Source of the DNA: Longimicrobiales bacterium
Lineage (GTDB): Bacteria; Gemmatimonadota; Gemmatimonadetes; Longimicrobiales; Gaopeijiaceae
Direction of reading: 5' to 3'
DNA: 64,000 nucleotides
Assembly: GCA_965249725.1 (NCBI GenBank)
Contig: CBDFMQ010000002.1
Span: forward strand, 576,001-640,000
The notes under the pieces were generated by a model. The model was given only the letters and a program-made list of their open reading frames with translations, was not told the DNA's origin and ran no database searches. Below, piece by piece: positions 20,857-31,113 of the stretch. Made by a program: the position numbers and the translations under genes. Within the stretch, counting starts at the first letter, position 1; each line of letters starts with the position of its first letter.

Positions 20857-22974
20857 ATGAGCCAATTGGTGACGTTTGCAAGCTGGTCCTGGGCGCTCGG
20901 CCTGACGGCGTTGGTCGTAGCCGGGATCATCTACCGCTACATGAAGGGGCAGCCCGTGGGGAGCCAGGCGATGGACGACCTGGCCGACCAGATCTATCAG
21001 GGGGCCATGGCCTTTCTACGACGCGAGTACACGATGCTCGCCGTCTTCGTGGTGGTTGTTGCCGCGCTGTTGGCGTGGGCGGTCTCGGGCCAGACGGCGC
21101 TTGCCTACCTGGTGGGGGCGTTGTGTTCGGTGCTGGCGGGCTTCTTCGGGATGACGGCCGCGACGCGTGCGAACGTGCGCACGTCCGCCGCGGCCAACGA
21201 CGAGGGCCAAGGAAAGGCACTCAGAGTCGCATTCTTCGGCGGAGCCGTCATGGGACTCTCCGTGGCGGCACTGGGTTTGGCCGGAATCGGTGCCCTCTAT
21301 TGGGTCTTCGGCGCGCCTGCGATCGGCGCGGCTGAACATCTCCGCTTCGCCGAGATCATCTCCGGCTTCGCCATGGGAGCGAGTTCCATCGCACTCTTCG
21401 CCCGTGTGGGGGGTGGCATCTACACCAAGGCCGCCGATGTAGGGGCAGACCTGGTCGGCAAGGTGGAGGCCGGTATCCCCGAGGACGATCCACGTAACCC
21501 CGCGACTATCGCGGACAACGTGGGCGACAACGTCGGCGACGTGGCGGGCATGGGGGCGGACATCTTCGAGTCCTACGTCGGCTCGGTTATCGCCACGATC
21601 GCCATCGCCGCCAGTTCGGCTGCCTTGGCCGGCAACGTCGGGAACGCGGTCGCACTCCCGATCGTGACCATCATGGTCGGTCTGGTCGCTTCTCTGGTGG
21701 GCATCGGCATGATGAAGGCTCTCGAGCGCACGGACCCGGCCGCGGCTCTGCGCAACGTGACGTTCATCGCCGCCATACTGTTTATCGCCGCCATGTTCTT
21801 CATCGTGCGTGCGCTGGACTTCCAGATGGTGGAGGGTGCGCGGACCTATCCGGCTCTGGGCCCGTGGTTCGCCATCGTCGCCGGTACCGTGGTGGGTGTC
21901 GCGATCGGTCTCGTCACGGAGTACTACACGTCCTCTAGGCCCGTCCGGAAGATCGCCGAGGCCAGCAACACCGGTGCGGCCACCAACCTCATCACCGGGC
22001 TTGCGGTGGGAATGGAATCGACCGCAATCCCGATGCTCCTGATATGTGTCGCGATCTTCACGTCCCACTGGTCTGCCGGCCTCTACGGGATCGGTATCGC
22101 TGCGGTGGGCATGTTGGCCACGGTGGGCGTAACAATGTCCGTCGACGCGTACGGACCCATCGCCGACAACGCGGGGGGGATCAGCGAAATGAGCGGATTG
22201 GGACCGGAGACGCGCGCCATCACCGATTCGCTCGACGCTATCGGTAACACGACGGCCGCACAGGGTAAGGGCTTCGCCATCGGCTCCGCCGCGCTCACGG
22301 CGCTGGCGCTGTTCTCGGCGTATGCCTCGAAGGTCGGGCTGGCAGAGACGGGGATCAACCTCGTGGACCCGATCGTTGTGATCGGTCTCTTCATCGGTGG
22401 CATGCTCCCGTTCTTCATCGCTGCCCTGACCATGACGGCGGTCGGAAAAGCCGCCCAGGGTATGGTCGAGGAGGTCAGGCGACAGTTCCGCGAGAATCCG
22501 GGAATCATGGATGGGACGTCCAAGCCGGATTCGGCGCGGTGCGTGGCGATCTCGACCGACGCCGCGCTCCGTGAGATGATCCTCCCCGGCGTCGCGGCGA
22601 TCGTCTCGCCGGTGCTGGTCGGTTACTTCTTGGGTGTCGAAGCTCTCGGCGGGTTCTTGGCTGGGGCCACCGTCACGGGCGTGCTCATGGCCCTCTTCAT
22701 GGCCAACGCCGGAGGTGCCTGGGACAACGCCAAGAAGCTCATCGAGGGTGGGGCACACGGCGGAAAGGGCTCCGAGCCTCACAAGGCTGCCGTGGTCGGT
22801 GATACGGTCGGAGACCCGTTCAAGGATACATCGGGGCCCTCTCTGAACATCCTTATCAAGTTGATGAGTGTCGTCTCTCTGGTGCTCGCGCCGTGGTTCG
22901 TACGGGTGCACGAGATCGATGTGGATGGGCAGATCTCCGGACTCATCGGCTGGGTAGCCCGCCTCTTGGGGTAG
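20857..22974 (+). CDS. hppA: Membrane-bound ion-translocating pyrophosphatase (K+-dependent type, likely Na+-pumping)
   Basis: [53 protein letters not shown] (Ala, not Lys) indicates K+ dependence. Confidence 0.95.
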   Translation: MSQLVTFASWSWALGLTALVVAGIIYRYMKGQPVGSQAMDDLADQIYQGAMAFLRREYTMLAVFVVVVAALLAWAVSGQTALAYLVGALCSVLAGFFGMTAATRANVRTSAAANDEGQGKALRVAFFGGAVMGLSVAALGLAGIGALYWVFGAPAIGAAEHLRFAEIISGFAMGASSIALFARVGGGIYTKAADVGADLVGKVEAGIPEDDPRNPATIADNVGDNVGDVAGMGADIFESYVGSVIATIAIAASSAALAGNVGNAVALPIVTIMVGLVASLVGIGMMKALERTDPAAALRNVTFIAAILFIAAMFFIVRALDFQMVEGARTYPALGPWFAIVAGTVVGVAIGLVTEYYTSSRPVRKIAEASNTGAATNLITGLAVGMESTAIPMLLICVAIFTSHWSAGLYGIGIAAVGMLATVGVTMSVDAYGPIADNAGGISEMSGLGPETRAITDSLDAIGNTTAAQGKGFAIGSAALTALALFSAYASKVGLAETGINLVDPIVVIGLFIGGMLPFFIAALTMTAVGKAAQGMVEEVRRQFRENPGIMDGTSKPDSARCVAISTDAALREMILPGVAAIVSPVLVGYFLGVEALGGFLAGATVTGVLMALFMANAGGAWDNAKKLIEGGAHGGKGSEPHKAAVVGDTVGDPFKDTSGPSLNILIKLMSVVSLVLAPWFVRVHEIDVDGQISGLIGWVARLLG

Positions 22975-23008
22975 GGGTGCCGACCCTCGGTGGAGGAGGT
23001 CGGCCGCG

Positions 23009-24232
23009 ATGCGGCCGACCTCGAGCGCCATGACCAAGGATCCGAACTTCGAGAACGCCGTGGCGTTCGCTCAGGACCTCATCCGCATTCCCTCGCCCTC
23101 CGGGCAGGAAGCTGAGGTGGCCGAGCGCGTCAGGCGCGAGATGCAGGACCTCGGACTCGACGACATCCGTATCGACGAGGTGGGCAATGTCGTCGGAGTC
23201 GTTCGGGGAGATGGGACGGCCCCACCCGTTCTTCTCAACTGCCACACCGATGTCGTAGCCGAAGGAGATCACGCCGAGTGGGAGTATCCGCCCTTCGGGG
23301 GGGACATCGCAGGCGGCTGCCTCCACGGTCGGGGAGCCATGGACATCAAGGGGCCCCTGGCGCTTCAGACCTACGCCGCTGCCGCCCTGGCCGGGCGTGC
23401 CGCGGGGGACGTCATCGTCGCCCACACCGTCTTCGAGGAGCGCGGCGGCCTCGGTATGAAGCACCTTCTCGAATCGGGTAGTGTGGAGCCGGGTGTGGTC
23501 GTGATCGGGGAGTCGACCCACGGTGACGTCTGTATCGGACACCGAGGCCGTGGAGAGGTCGAGGTCGTACTGCAGGGCCTCGCGGGCCACGCCTCGGCTC
23601 CGGATCGAGCCCACAACGCTCTGGACATGGTGCCCGACGTTCTGGGAGCCGTCCAGGAGTTGGCAGGACACCAGCCGGAGGATCCGGTTCTCGGAGCCTC
23701 GAGCCTGGTGGCCACGGGAGTGGACGTCCTGCCGGAGAGCCGCAACGTCATTCCGGACCGTGTCACGGTCGTCTTGGACTGGCGCGTGCTGCCCGGCACC
23801 GACGCCGAGAGCATGATCTCACAGGTGCGTGAGGCGGTAGCTCGTCGGCTCGGCGCGCTCCCGAAGGGCTTTGAGGTGACCGTGTCGATGGCGCGTGAGC
23901 GACAGGCGGCCTACACCGGGGTGGCACACGAGCGGAGTCTCTTCACTCCGGGATTCCTCATGAATCCGCTGGACCCGGTTGTGGTGGCCGCCGCTGCTGC
24001 CGTTGGACGACGGGAAGCGCCGGATGAGCCAGCCGCCGTGCGTCCCTGGACGTTCGCGACCGATGGGGGATGGAGTCGCGGCATTTTCGGCATCCCCACG
24101 GTGGGCTTCGCGCCGGGGGAAGAACGCTTTGCCCACACGAATAGAGAGCGACTGGACGTGGAGGAGGCGGAGTGGGCCTTCGCCCGATATCCCGACCTCA
24201 TTCTCGCTCTCCAGGACGCGCTCTCCGAGTAG
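23009..24232 (+). CDS. M20/M25/M40 metallohydrolase (ArgE/DapE/YgeY-like)
   Basis: [32 protein letters not shown]. Confidence 0.88.
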   Translation: MRPTSSAMTKDPNFENAVAFAQDLIRIPSPSGQEAEVAERVRREMQDLGLDDIRIDEVGNVVGVVRGDGTAPPVLLNCHTDVVAEGDHAEWEYPPFGGDIAGGCLHGRGAMDIKGPLALQTYAAAALAGRAAGDVIVAHTVFEERGGLGMKHLLESGSVEPGVVVIGESTHGDVCIGHRGRGEVEVVLQGLAGHASAPDRAHNALDMVPDVLGAVQELAGHQPEDPVLGASSLVATGVDVLPESRNVIPDRVTVVLDWRVLPGTDAESMISQVREAVARRLGALPKGFEVTVSMARERQAAYTGVAHERSLFTPGFLMNPLDPVVVAAAAAVGRREAPDEPAAVRPWTFATDGGWSRGIFGIPTVGFAPGEERFAHTNRERLDVEEAEWAFARYPDLILALQDALSE

Positions 24233-24314
24233 CATCAGGGGTTGATTCCACGAGTCTCCGTGCGGGGGTGCAAGCGGGGGTACAAAACCCCCCGGCATGG
24301 CCTATATTTACGGG

Positions 24315-24374
24315 CTCATCCCGCTCCGCCTCTGTGGCGGGGCCCGTGCACTTACGGACCGTGGGAGAAACACT
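24315..24374 (+). promoter_or_regulatory. Candidate S6:S18-binding ribosomal protein leader
   Basis: TCCC can pair with the SD GGGA; inner hairpin GCTCCGCC/GGCGGGGC; CCG directly before the SD (GACCGTGGGAG), as in known rpsF leaders. TATATT -10 at 24303-24308. Confidence 0.6.
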
Positions 24375-25028
24375 ATGCGGCTGTATGAGATCGTCTACAT
24401 CTTCGATGCGACCCTCGACGAAGATGCGATCAACAAGAAGTTAGAGAAGTTCCACCCCCTCGTGACCGGGAGCGACGGAGAGGTCATGTCCGTCGATCAT
24501 TGGGGTGTCCGCCAGATGGCCTACCCCGTGAAGAAGCAGAAGGCGGGGTACTACGTCGTCGCTCAGGTTCGCTCCACTCCCGATGGACTGCCGGAGTTCG
24601 ATCGGATCCTCAAACTCGATCCCGAACTGATGCGGCACCTCGTGGTGGTGAACGAAGGCGAGCCGACTACAGGAAGGTCGATCCTCGGGGAGCGCCCGGT
24701 CCAGGCCCGCGACGACGACGACGAGGATGATCGACCGGTGCCGGATGAAGCGGCGTCCGAAGAGGGAGATGAGGACACGGTCAGGCGGCAAGGACCTCCG
24801 GAGTTCTCAGGGGGCCGTGGACGTCGGCGTCGGATGGAGGGGCCGGTCATCGAGCTCCTCAACTATAAGGACGTCTCGACGCTGTCTCAGTTCATGACCG
24901 AGCAAGGCAAGATTCTGCCGAAACGAACGACTAAGGTCACGGCTCGCTTCCAACGGCAGCTCGGTACGGCCATCAAGCGAGCCCGCTACCTTGCGCTGAT
25001 TCCGTATTTGAGGGACCACGAGGTCTAG
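24375..25028 (+). CDS. rpsF-rpsR: Fused 30S ribosomal proteins bS6 (N-terminal) and bS18 (C-terminal)
   Basis: S6: MRLYEIVYIFD..DHWGVRQMAYPVKK..GYY..LMRHLVV. S18: NYKDVSTLSQFMTEQGKILPKRTTKV..QRQLGTAIKRARYLALIPY. One frame, no stop between them. Confidence 0.9.
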   Translation: MRLYEIVYIFDATLDEDAINKKLEKFHPLVTGSDGEVMSVDHWGVRQMAYPVKKQKAGYYVVAQVRSTPDGLPEFDRILKLDPELMRHLVVVNEGEPTTGRSILGERPVQARDDDDEDDRPVPDEAASEEGDEDTVRRQGPPEFSGGRGRRRRMEGPVIELLNYKDVSTLSQFMTEQGKILPKRTTKVTARFQRQLGTAIKRARYLALIPYLRDHEV

Positions 25029-25048
25029 GCCTCCTCGGAGCGGATTTC

Positions 25049-25993
25049 TTGGATTCCACCACGCGGCCGGAGCGCACTTGGCTACGTGCCGCCGCGCTGA
25101 TGCTCATCACGCTGGGGCTCGCTGTCGTCAGCTCCGGCGTGTTGGTGGCCGTGCCGTTTCTGGTTCTCGCCGCCGTGCTCGGTGCTCGCAGGTTTCCGAC
25201 GGTAATGGCCGCGGTACTGGCGGTGGTGGTTACGCTGGGAGCTACGGCCCGCGGCGGCATCTGGTATCTGGAACGGGGATGGACAGTCATCCTGGCCGGT
25301 TTCTTCGTGGTTCTCACGATGCGGTCGCCGGGAAGCAGGTTCTTGCCGCGAGCCCTCGGGGCGGTGGTCGGTACCTTCGGGTTGGTGGCGCTCCTCATGG
25401 TGGTCCGACCGGGGTCGTGGGCCATGGTGGATTGGTTCGTCACCGAGGGGATTATGAGGAGCGTGAGCCTCGCCATGAATCTGGTGAGTGCCTGGGATCC
25501 CGACATGGTGATCCCGACCACCATGGTCAACACGGCGTTCGAAACCGCGGCCCTTCAGGGGCGGCTGTTTCCGGCACTGCTCGGCCTCTCGTCCGTCGCG
25601 GGACTCGGCGTGGCGTGGTGGGGGTATGTTCGACTCGCCACGGAGAGTGATCAGGGACTGGGTCCACTCAAGGACTTTCGGTTCAACGACCACTTTGTGT
25701 GGCTGTTGGTCCTGGGCCTGACTCTGATCGTGTTGGGGCTGGGGGATGCATGGACACGGGCGGGCACGAACGCCGTCGTGTTCATGGGTGGGCTTTACGC
25801 AGTGCGAGGTGTCGCTGTGGTCTTGTTCTTTAATGGTGGCATTTCGCTATTAGGGTTTTTCGCGATGGCGCTCGGCATGTTGGTCTTTGCGCCTTTATTG
25901 ACGATGGGTGCCCTGGTCATCGGCGTCGGCGATACCTGGCTCGATCTGCGAGCCAAAGCCGAAGCGTTGTCCAGCGGCACCACAGACACGTAG
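25049..25993 (+). CDS. DUF2232/YybS-family membrane protein
   Basis: Multi-TM protein ending GVGDTWLDLR, between rpsR and rplI. Start uncertain. Confidence 0.8.
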   Translation: MDSTTRPERTWLRAAALMLITLGLAVVSSGVLVAVPFLVLAAVLGARRFPTVMAAVLAVVVTLGATARGGIWYLERGWTVILAGFFVVLTMRSPGSRFLPRALGAVVGTFGLVALLMVVRPGSWAMVDWFVTEGIMRSVSLAMNLVSAWDPDMVIPTTMVNTAFETAALQGRLFPALLGLSSVAGLGVAWWGYVRLATESDQGLGPLKDFRFNDHFVWLLVLGLTLIVLGLGDAWTRAGTNAVVFMGGLYAVRGVAVVLFFNGGISLLGFFAMALGMLVFAPLLTMGALVIGVGDTWLDLRAKAEALSSGTTDT

Positions 25994-26006
25994 ACGGAGA
26001 CGGTCC

Positions 26007-26465
26007 ATGAAGCTCATTCTGAGGAAGACGGTTGAGACGCTCGGAGGTCAGGGCGACATCATCGACGTAAAGCCCGGTTACGCGCGTAACTACTTGATTC
26101 CCCAAGGCCTCGCCTATCAGGCGAGTGACGTCAACCTGAAGAGGTTGGAGGAAGAGCACGCGCGGGCCGAGGAGAAGGCCAAGCACGACTACCTCGAGGC
26201 ACGCCGACGGGCGGTGCAGCTCGACGGGAAGTCGCTCGTCTTCCACGTCAGGGCGGGGGAGGACGGCAAGCTGTTCGGGTCGGTCACGAACGCCGACGTC
26301 GCCGATCAGCTGAATCAGTTGGAGCTGGATTTCGAGGTGGATCGCCGCACGGTCATACTCGAGGAACCGCTGAAGACGCTCGGCGACTTCGGCGTGCCGG
26401 TTCGCCTGCACAGCCAGGTCGAGGTCGAGGTCCGGGTGCAAGTGGAGCGCGGCGAGGAAGAGTAG
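26007..26465 (+). CDS. rplI: 50S ribosomal protein L9
   Basis: MKLIL..LG..G..VKPGYARNYLIP, GKLFGSVT. Confidence 0.98.
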   Translation: MKLILRKTVETLGGQGDIIDVKPGYARNYLIPQGLAYQASDVNLKRLEEEHARAEEKAKHDYLEARRRAVQLDGKSLVFHVRAGEDGKLFGSVTNADVADQLNQLELDFEVDRRTVILEEPLKTLGDFGVPVRLHSQVEVEVRVQVERGEEE

Positions 26466-26484
26466 GCTGCTACTCGAGGGCGGC

Positions 26485-26853
26485 ATGGGAGAACAGGCGA
26501 GCACCGACGTGTCCGAAATCGGCCAAGACGTAGAGCGAGCTGCTGAGCTTGCCCTTGAGCTCAAGGCTGCCGACGTGGTCGTACTCGATCTGCGCGGTAT
26601 TTCGAGCGCGACCGACTACTTCCTGCTGGCCACCGGACAGTCCGACGTCCAGGTGAAGGCGATCGGTGATCACATCATCGGGGAACTCAAGAACCAGGGT
26701 GTCCGGCCCGCCCACGTGGAAGGGTTGGAGGGAGGGCGCTGGGTGCTCATCGACTACATTGACTTCGTGGTGCACGTGTTTCATCCCGGAGCTCGGGAGT
26801 TCTACCAGCTGGAGCTTCTTTGGGGAGACGCCCCCAGACACGAGTTCGAATGA
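26485..26853 (+). CDS. rsfS: Ribosome silencing factor
   Basis: KAADVVVLDL, DYFLLATG, WVLIDY, REFYQLELLW. Confidence 0.96.
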   Translation: MGEQASTDVSEIGQDVERAAELALELKAADVVVLDLRGISSATDYFLLATGQSDVQVKAIGDHIIGELKNQGVRPAHVEGLEGGRWVLIDYIDFVVHVFHPGAREFYQLELLWGDAPRHEFE

Positions 26854-26997
26854 CCTGCACCAATACCACATACAGGGGCCAAGCCTGTTTACAACACTGC
26901 CGGTCGTCGTGTAGCTTGTCATGTCAGCCCATACGGACTGCATCACGGACGTACGACGGAGGCCGTAATCCAATCCACATCAGGAGCGTAGGGCCCG

Positions 26998-28506
26998 TTG
27001 GATCAGGGCCACTCGCGACTATACCCGTTTGACCCCGGCTCCGGCGATCTGCCGGAGATCGCGGCACCCGGCGTACTTTTTTCCGGCGCCGGGGGAGGTG
27101 TCGTCACCCTCATTGTCGTCCCCGACGTCATCCAATCGTCCTGGAGTCCGGCCGCAGCAGTAGCCGTGGCTCGGGCTTGGTCCGATCAGGGCCACCGTGT
27201 CGTTCTGTTCGATTTGTCGCTGACGAACCCGGTGCTTCACGACGCGTTGGGGCTGCCGAACGCCGTTGGCATTGTCAACCTCGTCCTGCGGGGGGCCTCC
27301 ATACCCGCGGTTGCACAGCAGGCCGGGAGTGCTGGATTCCAGTTCGTGGCCGTGGGCACGCCGGTTGACGATCCCACTGAAGTCACACTGACCGAAGGAT
27401 GGTCGACGTTCGTCGACGAGGTGGGACATGCTCAGGCTACCGTCCTCTTCTATGTACCTGCAGACCTCCCCGGAGTGGATGCCCTGGTGGCCCGGAGCTC
27501 TGCCACCCTTCTCTTGGCGGGCGATCCCACTGAGGCAGAGTGGGTGGCACAATCCTTCGCTCTCGATGAAGTCTCGGGTCTCGTGGCGGAGCGGGGTGAG
27601 GCACCCTCCCCGGCGGCAGAGCCGCCCGATACGTCCGAGGCGGACAGCAACGAGCTCGCTTTTCTGGCCGCCACGCCCGGAGGTGATGGTGAGCGAGAGG
27701 CCGAGGCCACGGTCGTGCACGAGCCGGTAGAGAAGTTCGAGCCCGAAGCCCGGCGCGAAGCCCAGCGCGAGGCCCAGCCCGAGGCCCAGCCCGAGCCGGA
27801 CACACGGGTCGCGCCTGAACCCCTTGAGGAGCCTGAGCCGAGGGTCATCCCGTGGCGGCCCGCCGCTGTGGGGACCATGGTCGGGGTCGGAGCCCTGGTT
27901 CTGTGGAAGATGATGTTCGCCCCAGACGACGCGCTTTCGCCGCCGGTGCCGGTTGAGACGCCCCAGACGACGACAACGTCCGAGGCCTCGTCTGAGCCAT
28001 CGGAGCCGGACCCGCAGCAAGCGTATTCGTTGACGCTGGCTGCCTACGGGTCGGGCGATGCAGCCGGAAGACAGGCTCAGGGGCTGGCGCAGCGACGTCC
28101 GGATCTGCTCTTCATCGTGGCACCGGTGCGGGTGGCCGATCGCGTATACCATCGGGTCCTGGTCGGGCCTGCTGCGGATTCTCTAGGTGCAGAGCGTCTG
28201 CGTGCCTCCCTAGCAGAGACTCTGGGCGGCGATGGCGCGAGTTGGATCGTGCGACCGACTCCGCTCGCGTTCGACTTCGGCGAATTCGATTCGACCCAGG
28301 CGGCGGCGGAGCGCGTCGCCGAGATCGGCAGCGCCGGCATCGGAGCGTATTACTTCGAGGTCTCCCGTTCGGCTGCCCCGATGTTCCGGGTCTACGCAGG
28401 GGCCTACGAGAGTCCTGCAGAGGCCGAGGTCATGAGGGGGGCGTTGGACGCTGCATTGGGAGACGTTCCGACGCTGGGGCCAAGGATCGGGCGATATGCT
28501 CGCTGA
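26998..28506 (+). CDS. Membrane protein: degenerate MinD/BY-kinase-like domain, linker, TM, two SPOR-like domains
   Basis: RVVLFDLSLTNPVLH..G.VNL without Walker A; TM near 27860-27920; YHRVLVGP and FRVYAGAYES SPOR-like repeats. Start uncertain. Confidence 0.7.
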   Translation: MDQGHSRLYPFDPGSGDLPEIAAPGVLFSGAGGGVVTLIVVPDVIQSSWSPAAAVAVARAWSDQGHRVVLFDLSLTNPVLHDALGLPNAVGIVNLVLRGASIPAVAQQAGSAGFQFVAVGTPVDDPTEVTLTEGWSTFVDEVGHAQATVLFYVPADLPGVDALVARSSATLLLAGDPTEAEWVAQSFALDEVSGLVAERGEAPSPAAEPPDTSEADSNELAFLAATPGGDGEREAEATVVHEPVEKFEPEARREAQREAQPEAQPEPDTRVAPEPLEEPEPRVIPWRPAAVGTMVGVGALVLWKMMFAPDDALSPPVPVETPQTTTTSEASSEPSEPDPQQAYSLTLAAYGSGDAAGRQAQGLAQRRPDLLFIVAPVRVADRVYHRVLVGPAADSLGAERLRASLAETLGGDGASWIVRPTPLAFDFGEFDSTQAAAERVAEIGSAGIGAYYFEVSRSAAPMFRVYAGAYESPAEAEVMRGALDAALGDVPTLGPRIGRYAR

Positions 28507-28653
28507 GGGCCGGAATACGCCGGCTTCATGTGGACCTCATCTAGAGGGTGGGTTACCTTTGCGGCCGTCCAAGCGGGGAGTACGACGGCCCCGTGCTTCG
28601 GGCGCATCGTGCCCGTCGCGGCGCGGAGTTTTGACCATGCGAAGGGTGCACGG

Positions 28654-31113
28654 ATGAGTCCGGATATTCCAGACTGGGAGTCCATTGATCCGACCGGCGA
28701 GGCCCTCTCCGAACCTGTCGGAGCGGCCCTCGACTCTGCACACTCGGTTGCCGGGTGTGTGGTCGTCTTGGTCGCATCGGACATCGACCGACAGTGGGGG
28801 GCCAATACGAGCCTGCTCATCGCCCGCGAGTGGGCTTCAAAGGGCCGCAGCGTGCTGCTTGCGGACGCGTCCCTTGATGACCCGGTCCTCCACGAAATCG
28901 TCGACGGAGGCGGGAGTGAGGGACTGTCCGACGTCATGCTCTACGGAGCTTCGGTCAAGCAGGTAGCTCGCCCGGTGGAGGGCGGTATTCTCCTGTGCAC
29001 AGCGGGCACACCCGTCGGTGACACCGAGGAGGTGTTGGCCCACCCCAAGTGGGATATGGTGATTCAGGGCTTCCAGGAGGCCGGGGCTCTGCTGCTCTTG
29101 CACCTGTCCGCTGGCACTCCGGGAGCCGGGACCCTGCTCGACAGGGCTTCGAGAGTCATCCTTATTTCAGAATCGGACGGAGATACAGCCGCAATCGTCG
29201 GTGCCGCGTCGGACCGGCTCCTCACCGTGGTCGGTCCTGCCGTCGCAGAGGAGGTGGAGTCCCCGTCCGAGCCCGCCACCGTCGTCGAGGAGGTGGAGTC
29301 CACGGGCGAGGCTGCGACCGTGCTCGAGGAAATGGAGCCCGCGACCGAAGCGTTCGCCGTTGAGGATGACGGCGAGGAGGAGGCGACATCCGAACCGGAG
29401 CTCGAGTCCGCTCCGACGATGGAAGTTGAGCCGGAGCCCGCAGAGGTGCTCGAGGAGGAGCCGGAACCGGAGGTTGAGATGGTCTCTGAAAACGATGGCG
29501 AACTAGAACCCGACCTCGAGTCGGAGCCGAGTCCCGAGTCGGAATCGGAGCCAACGGACGGCGAGCTCTTCTCGATGGACGAGCTTCCCGAGTCCACCGG
29601 CAACGCGGCGGAGCAGGTCGACGAGTCCGGCGCCTTCAGTTTCGACTCAATGTCGGGTTCGCAGTACGACGCGGACGATGACACCCAAGCGGAGGCATCT
29701 ATGGATGAGCCGGCTGCCCCGGTCGAGCAGACCCCTTCGCCCGGTGGTGAGGCTGAGGAAGAGGCCGAGCCCTCCTCAGAGGCGGATGAGGCGACTCCGT
29801 CCGTTCCGGAGGAGGCTGCCCCGGCGACGACGGAGGCGGTGGAAGACTCGGGCATGGTAGAAGGCGTGACCCGATCCTCATTGGAGATGGATGAGGAGGC
29901 CGTGGCGGCGGCGGCGGAGGAGGCCCATCTCGATATGGACGGCTTCGAGACCGGCGCAGGCTTCGATCTTGAGGATGCCCCGCAAGATGACGATGGCGGG
30001 GTCGCGGAAGAGCCGGCGTGGGGAGGTGAGGCCGAGGACGAAGAGGCGGCCTCTGATGATTTCGGCTTCGGTGGCGGCGGTCTCGAGGTTGAGGCCAGCC
30101 CCTTCGCTGAAGAGGACGCACCGGTCGATGAACATGAGGGCGAGGGTGTGGATGTGGGTGAGGAAGCCGCCGGCCTTGCGGGTGCTGCCGGTGACGAGGC
30201 TTTCGGCGATCGCGGTCCCCCGCCGGCGGAGCCCGATGCGCTCGACGCCGGCGATGACGGACAGCCTGCCGATACGGATGGTGGCTCCATTGCCGTAGAT
30301 CCGGCCGCCGAGGCGATGGGTGGCGGCCCGGAGACCGCTTCCGCCGAGGACGAGGCCCCGGATGTAGAGATCGAGTTCGACGATGCGCCCCCGGCCAAGA
30401 TGTCGGGGTTGGAGGAGTTGGAGCGTAGGCGGAAGAGAGGCGCGAGAGTTCGGCAACTGCTCGTGGCAGCTGCTACGGCGCTCGTCGTCGGGGGTGGAGG
30501 CGTCGGCATCGCGTACTTCGGTTTCGTCAACATTCCCGGCATTACGCCGCCGGATCGTGTGCGGTCTGGGGTGCCCGCCCCGGTGGAGCTCCCCGGGCCG
30601 ACGCCGGTGACACCTGTGATCAGCCATGTGCTCGCGGTCGATGCGTGGCGGAGCCTGGAAACGGCTTTGAGCACCGTGGATGCTCTTCGGGAAAGGCTTC
30701 CCGAGTACCTGTTCTTCATCACGGTCACCGAGGTGGACGGGGGTGACCAATACGTGTTGCTCGCGGGCCCGGCGTTCAGTGCGGTGGAGGCCAATGCGCT
30801 GAAGGAGCCGCTGGCCGAGGTCCTTGACCGATTGGATCCGGCCACGTGGACAGTTCAAGAAGCGAGGTATTCCTTCTTCTTCGGGGAGTATTCGGATGCC
30901 GCCGACGCGGCGGGCAGAGTGCAGTCTCTGAACGCAACAGCGATTCCGGCTCACGCTCTCGAGGTCAGCTATCCGGATGAGACCACGGCGATGCGCGTGT
31001 ATGGCGGCGCCTTCGTGGACGAGTTTCAGGCGGCTGCGATGGGACGACTCCTCCGCTCCAACGACCTGGATGACGTACGTCTGACTGAACGAAGAGGTCG
31101 ACTGCCCGAATGA
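28654..31113 (+). CDS. Paralog of the preceding gene with a very long acidic linker
   Basis: SVLLADASLDDPVLH..EGLSDVM; roughly 400-aa D/E-rich linker; TM near 30455-30530; YVLLAGPAFS and MRVYGGAF SPOR-like repeats. Confidence 0.75.
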   Translation: MSPDIPDWESIDPTGEALSEPVGAALDSAHSVAGCVVVLVASDIDRQWGANTSLLIAREWASKGRSVLLADASLDDPVLHEIVDGGGSEGLSDVMLYGASVKQVARPVEGGILLCTAGTPVGDTEEVLAHPKWDMVIQGFQEAGALLLLHLSAGTPGAGTLLDRASRVILISESDGDTAAIVGAASDRLLTVVGPAVAEEVESPSEPATVVEEVESTGEAATVLEEMEPATEAFAVEDDGEEEATSEPELESAPTMEVEPEPAEVLEEEPEPEVEMVSENDGELEPDLESEPSPESESEPTDGELFSMDELPESTGNAAEQVDESGAFSFDSMSGSQYDADDDTQAEASMDEPAAPVEQTPSPGGEAEEEAEPSSEADEATPSVPEEAAPATTEAVEDSGMVEGVTRSSLEMDEEAVAAAAEEAHLDMDGFETGAGFDLEDAPQDDDGGVAEEPAWGGEAEDEEAASDDFGFGGGGLEVEASPFAEEDAPVDEHEGEGVDVGEEAAGLAGAAGDEAFGDRGPPPAEPDALDAGDDGQPADTDGGSIAVDPAAEAMGGGPETASAEDEAPDVEIEFDDAPPAKMSGLEELERRRKRGARVRQLLVAAATALVVGGGGVGIAYFGFVNIPGITPPDRVRSGVPAPVELPGPTPVTPVISHVLAVDAWRSLETALSTVDALRERLPEYLFFITVTEVDGGDQYVLLAGPAFSAVEANALKEPLAEVLDRLDPATWTVQEARYSFFFGEYSDAADAAGRVQSLNATAIPAHALEVSYPDETTAMRVYGGAFVDEFQAAAMGRLLRSNDLDDVRLTERRGRLPE

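Noticed and set aside
21016..23037. 673-aa antisense ORF over hppA, and other long antisense ORFs (e.g. 29064-30845, 57964-59268)
   Set aside because: Shadow frames expected from GC-rich codon bias; no motifs.
26854..26997. Possible structured RNA between rsfS and the SPOR genes
   Set aside because: Only short imperfect stems and a possible TTTACA-N18-TAGCTT promoter; no recognisable RNA family.
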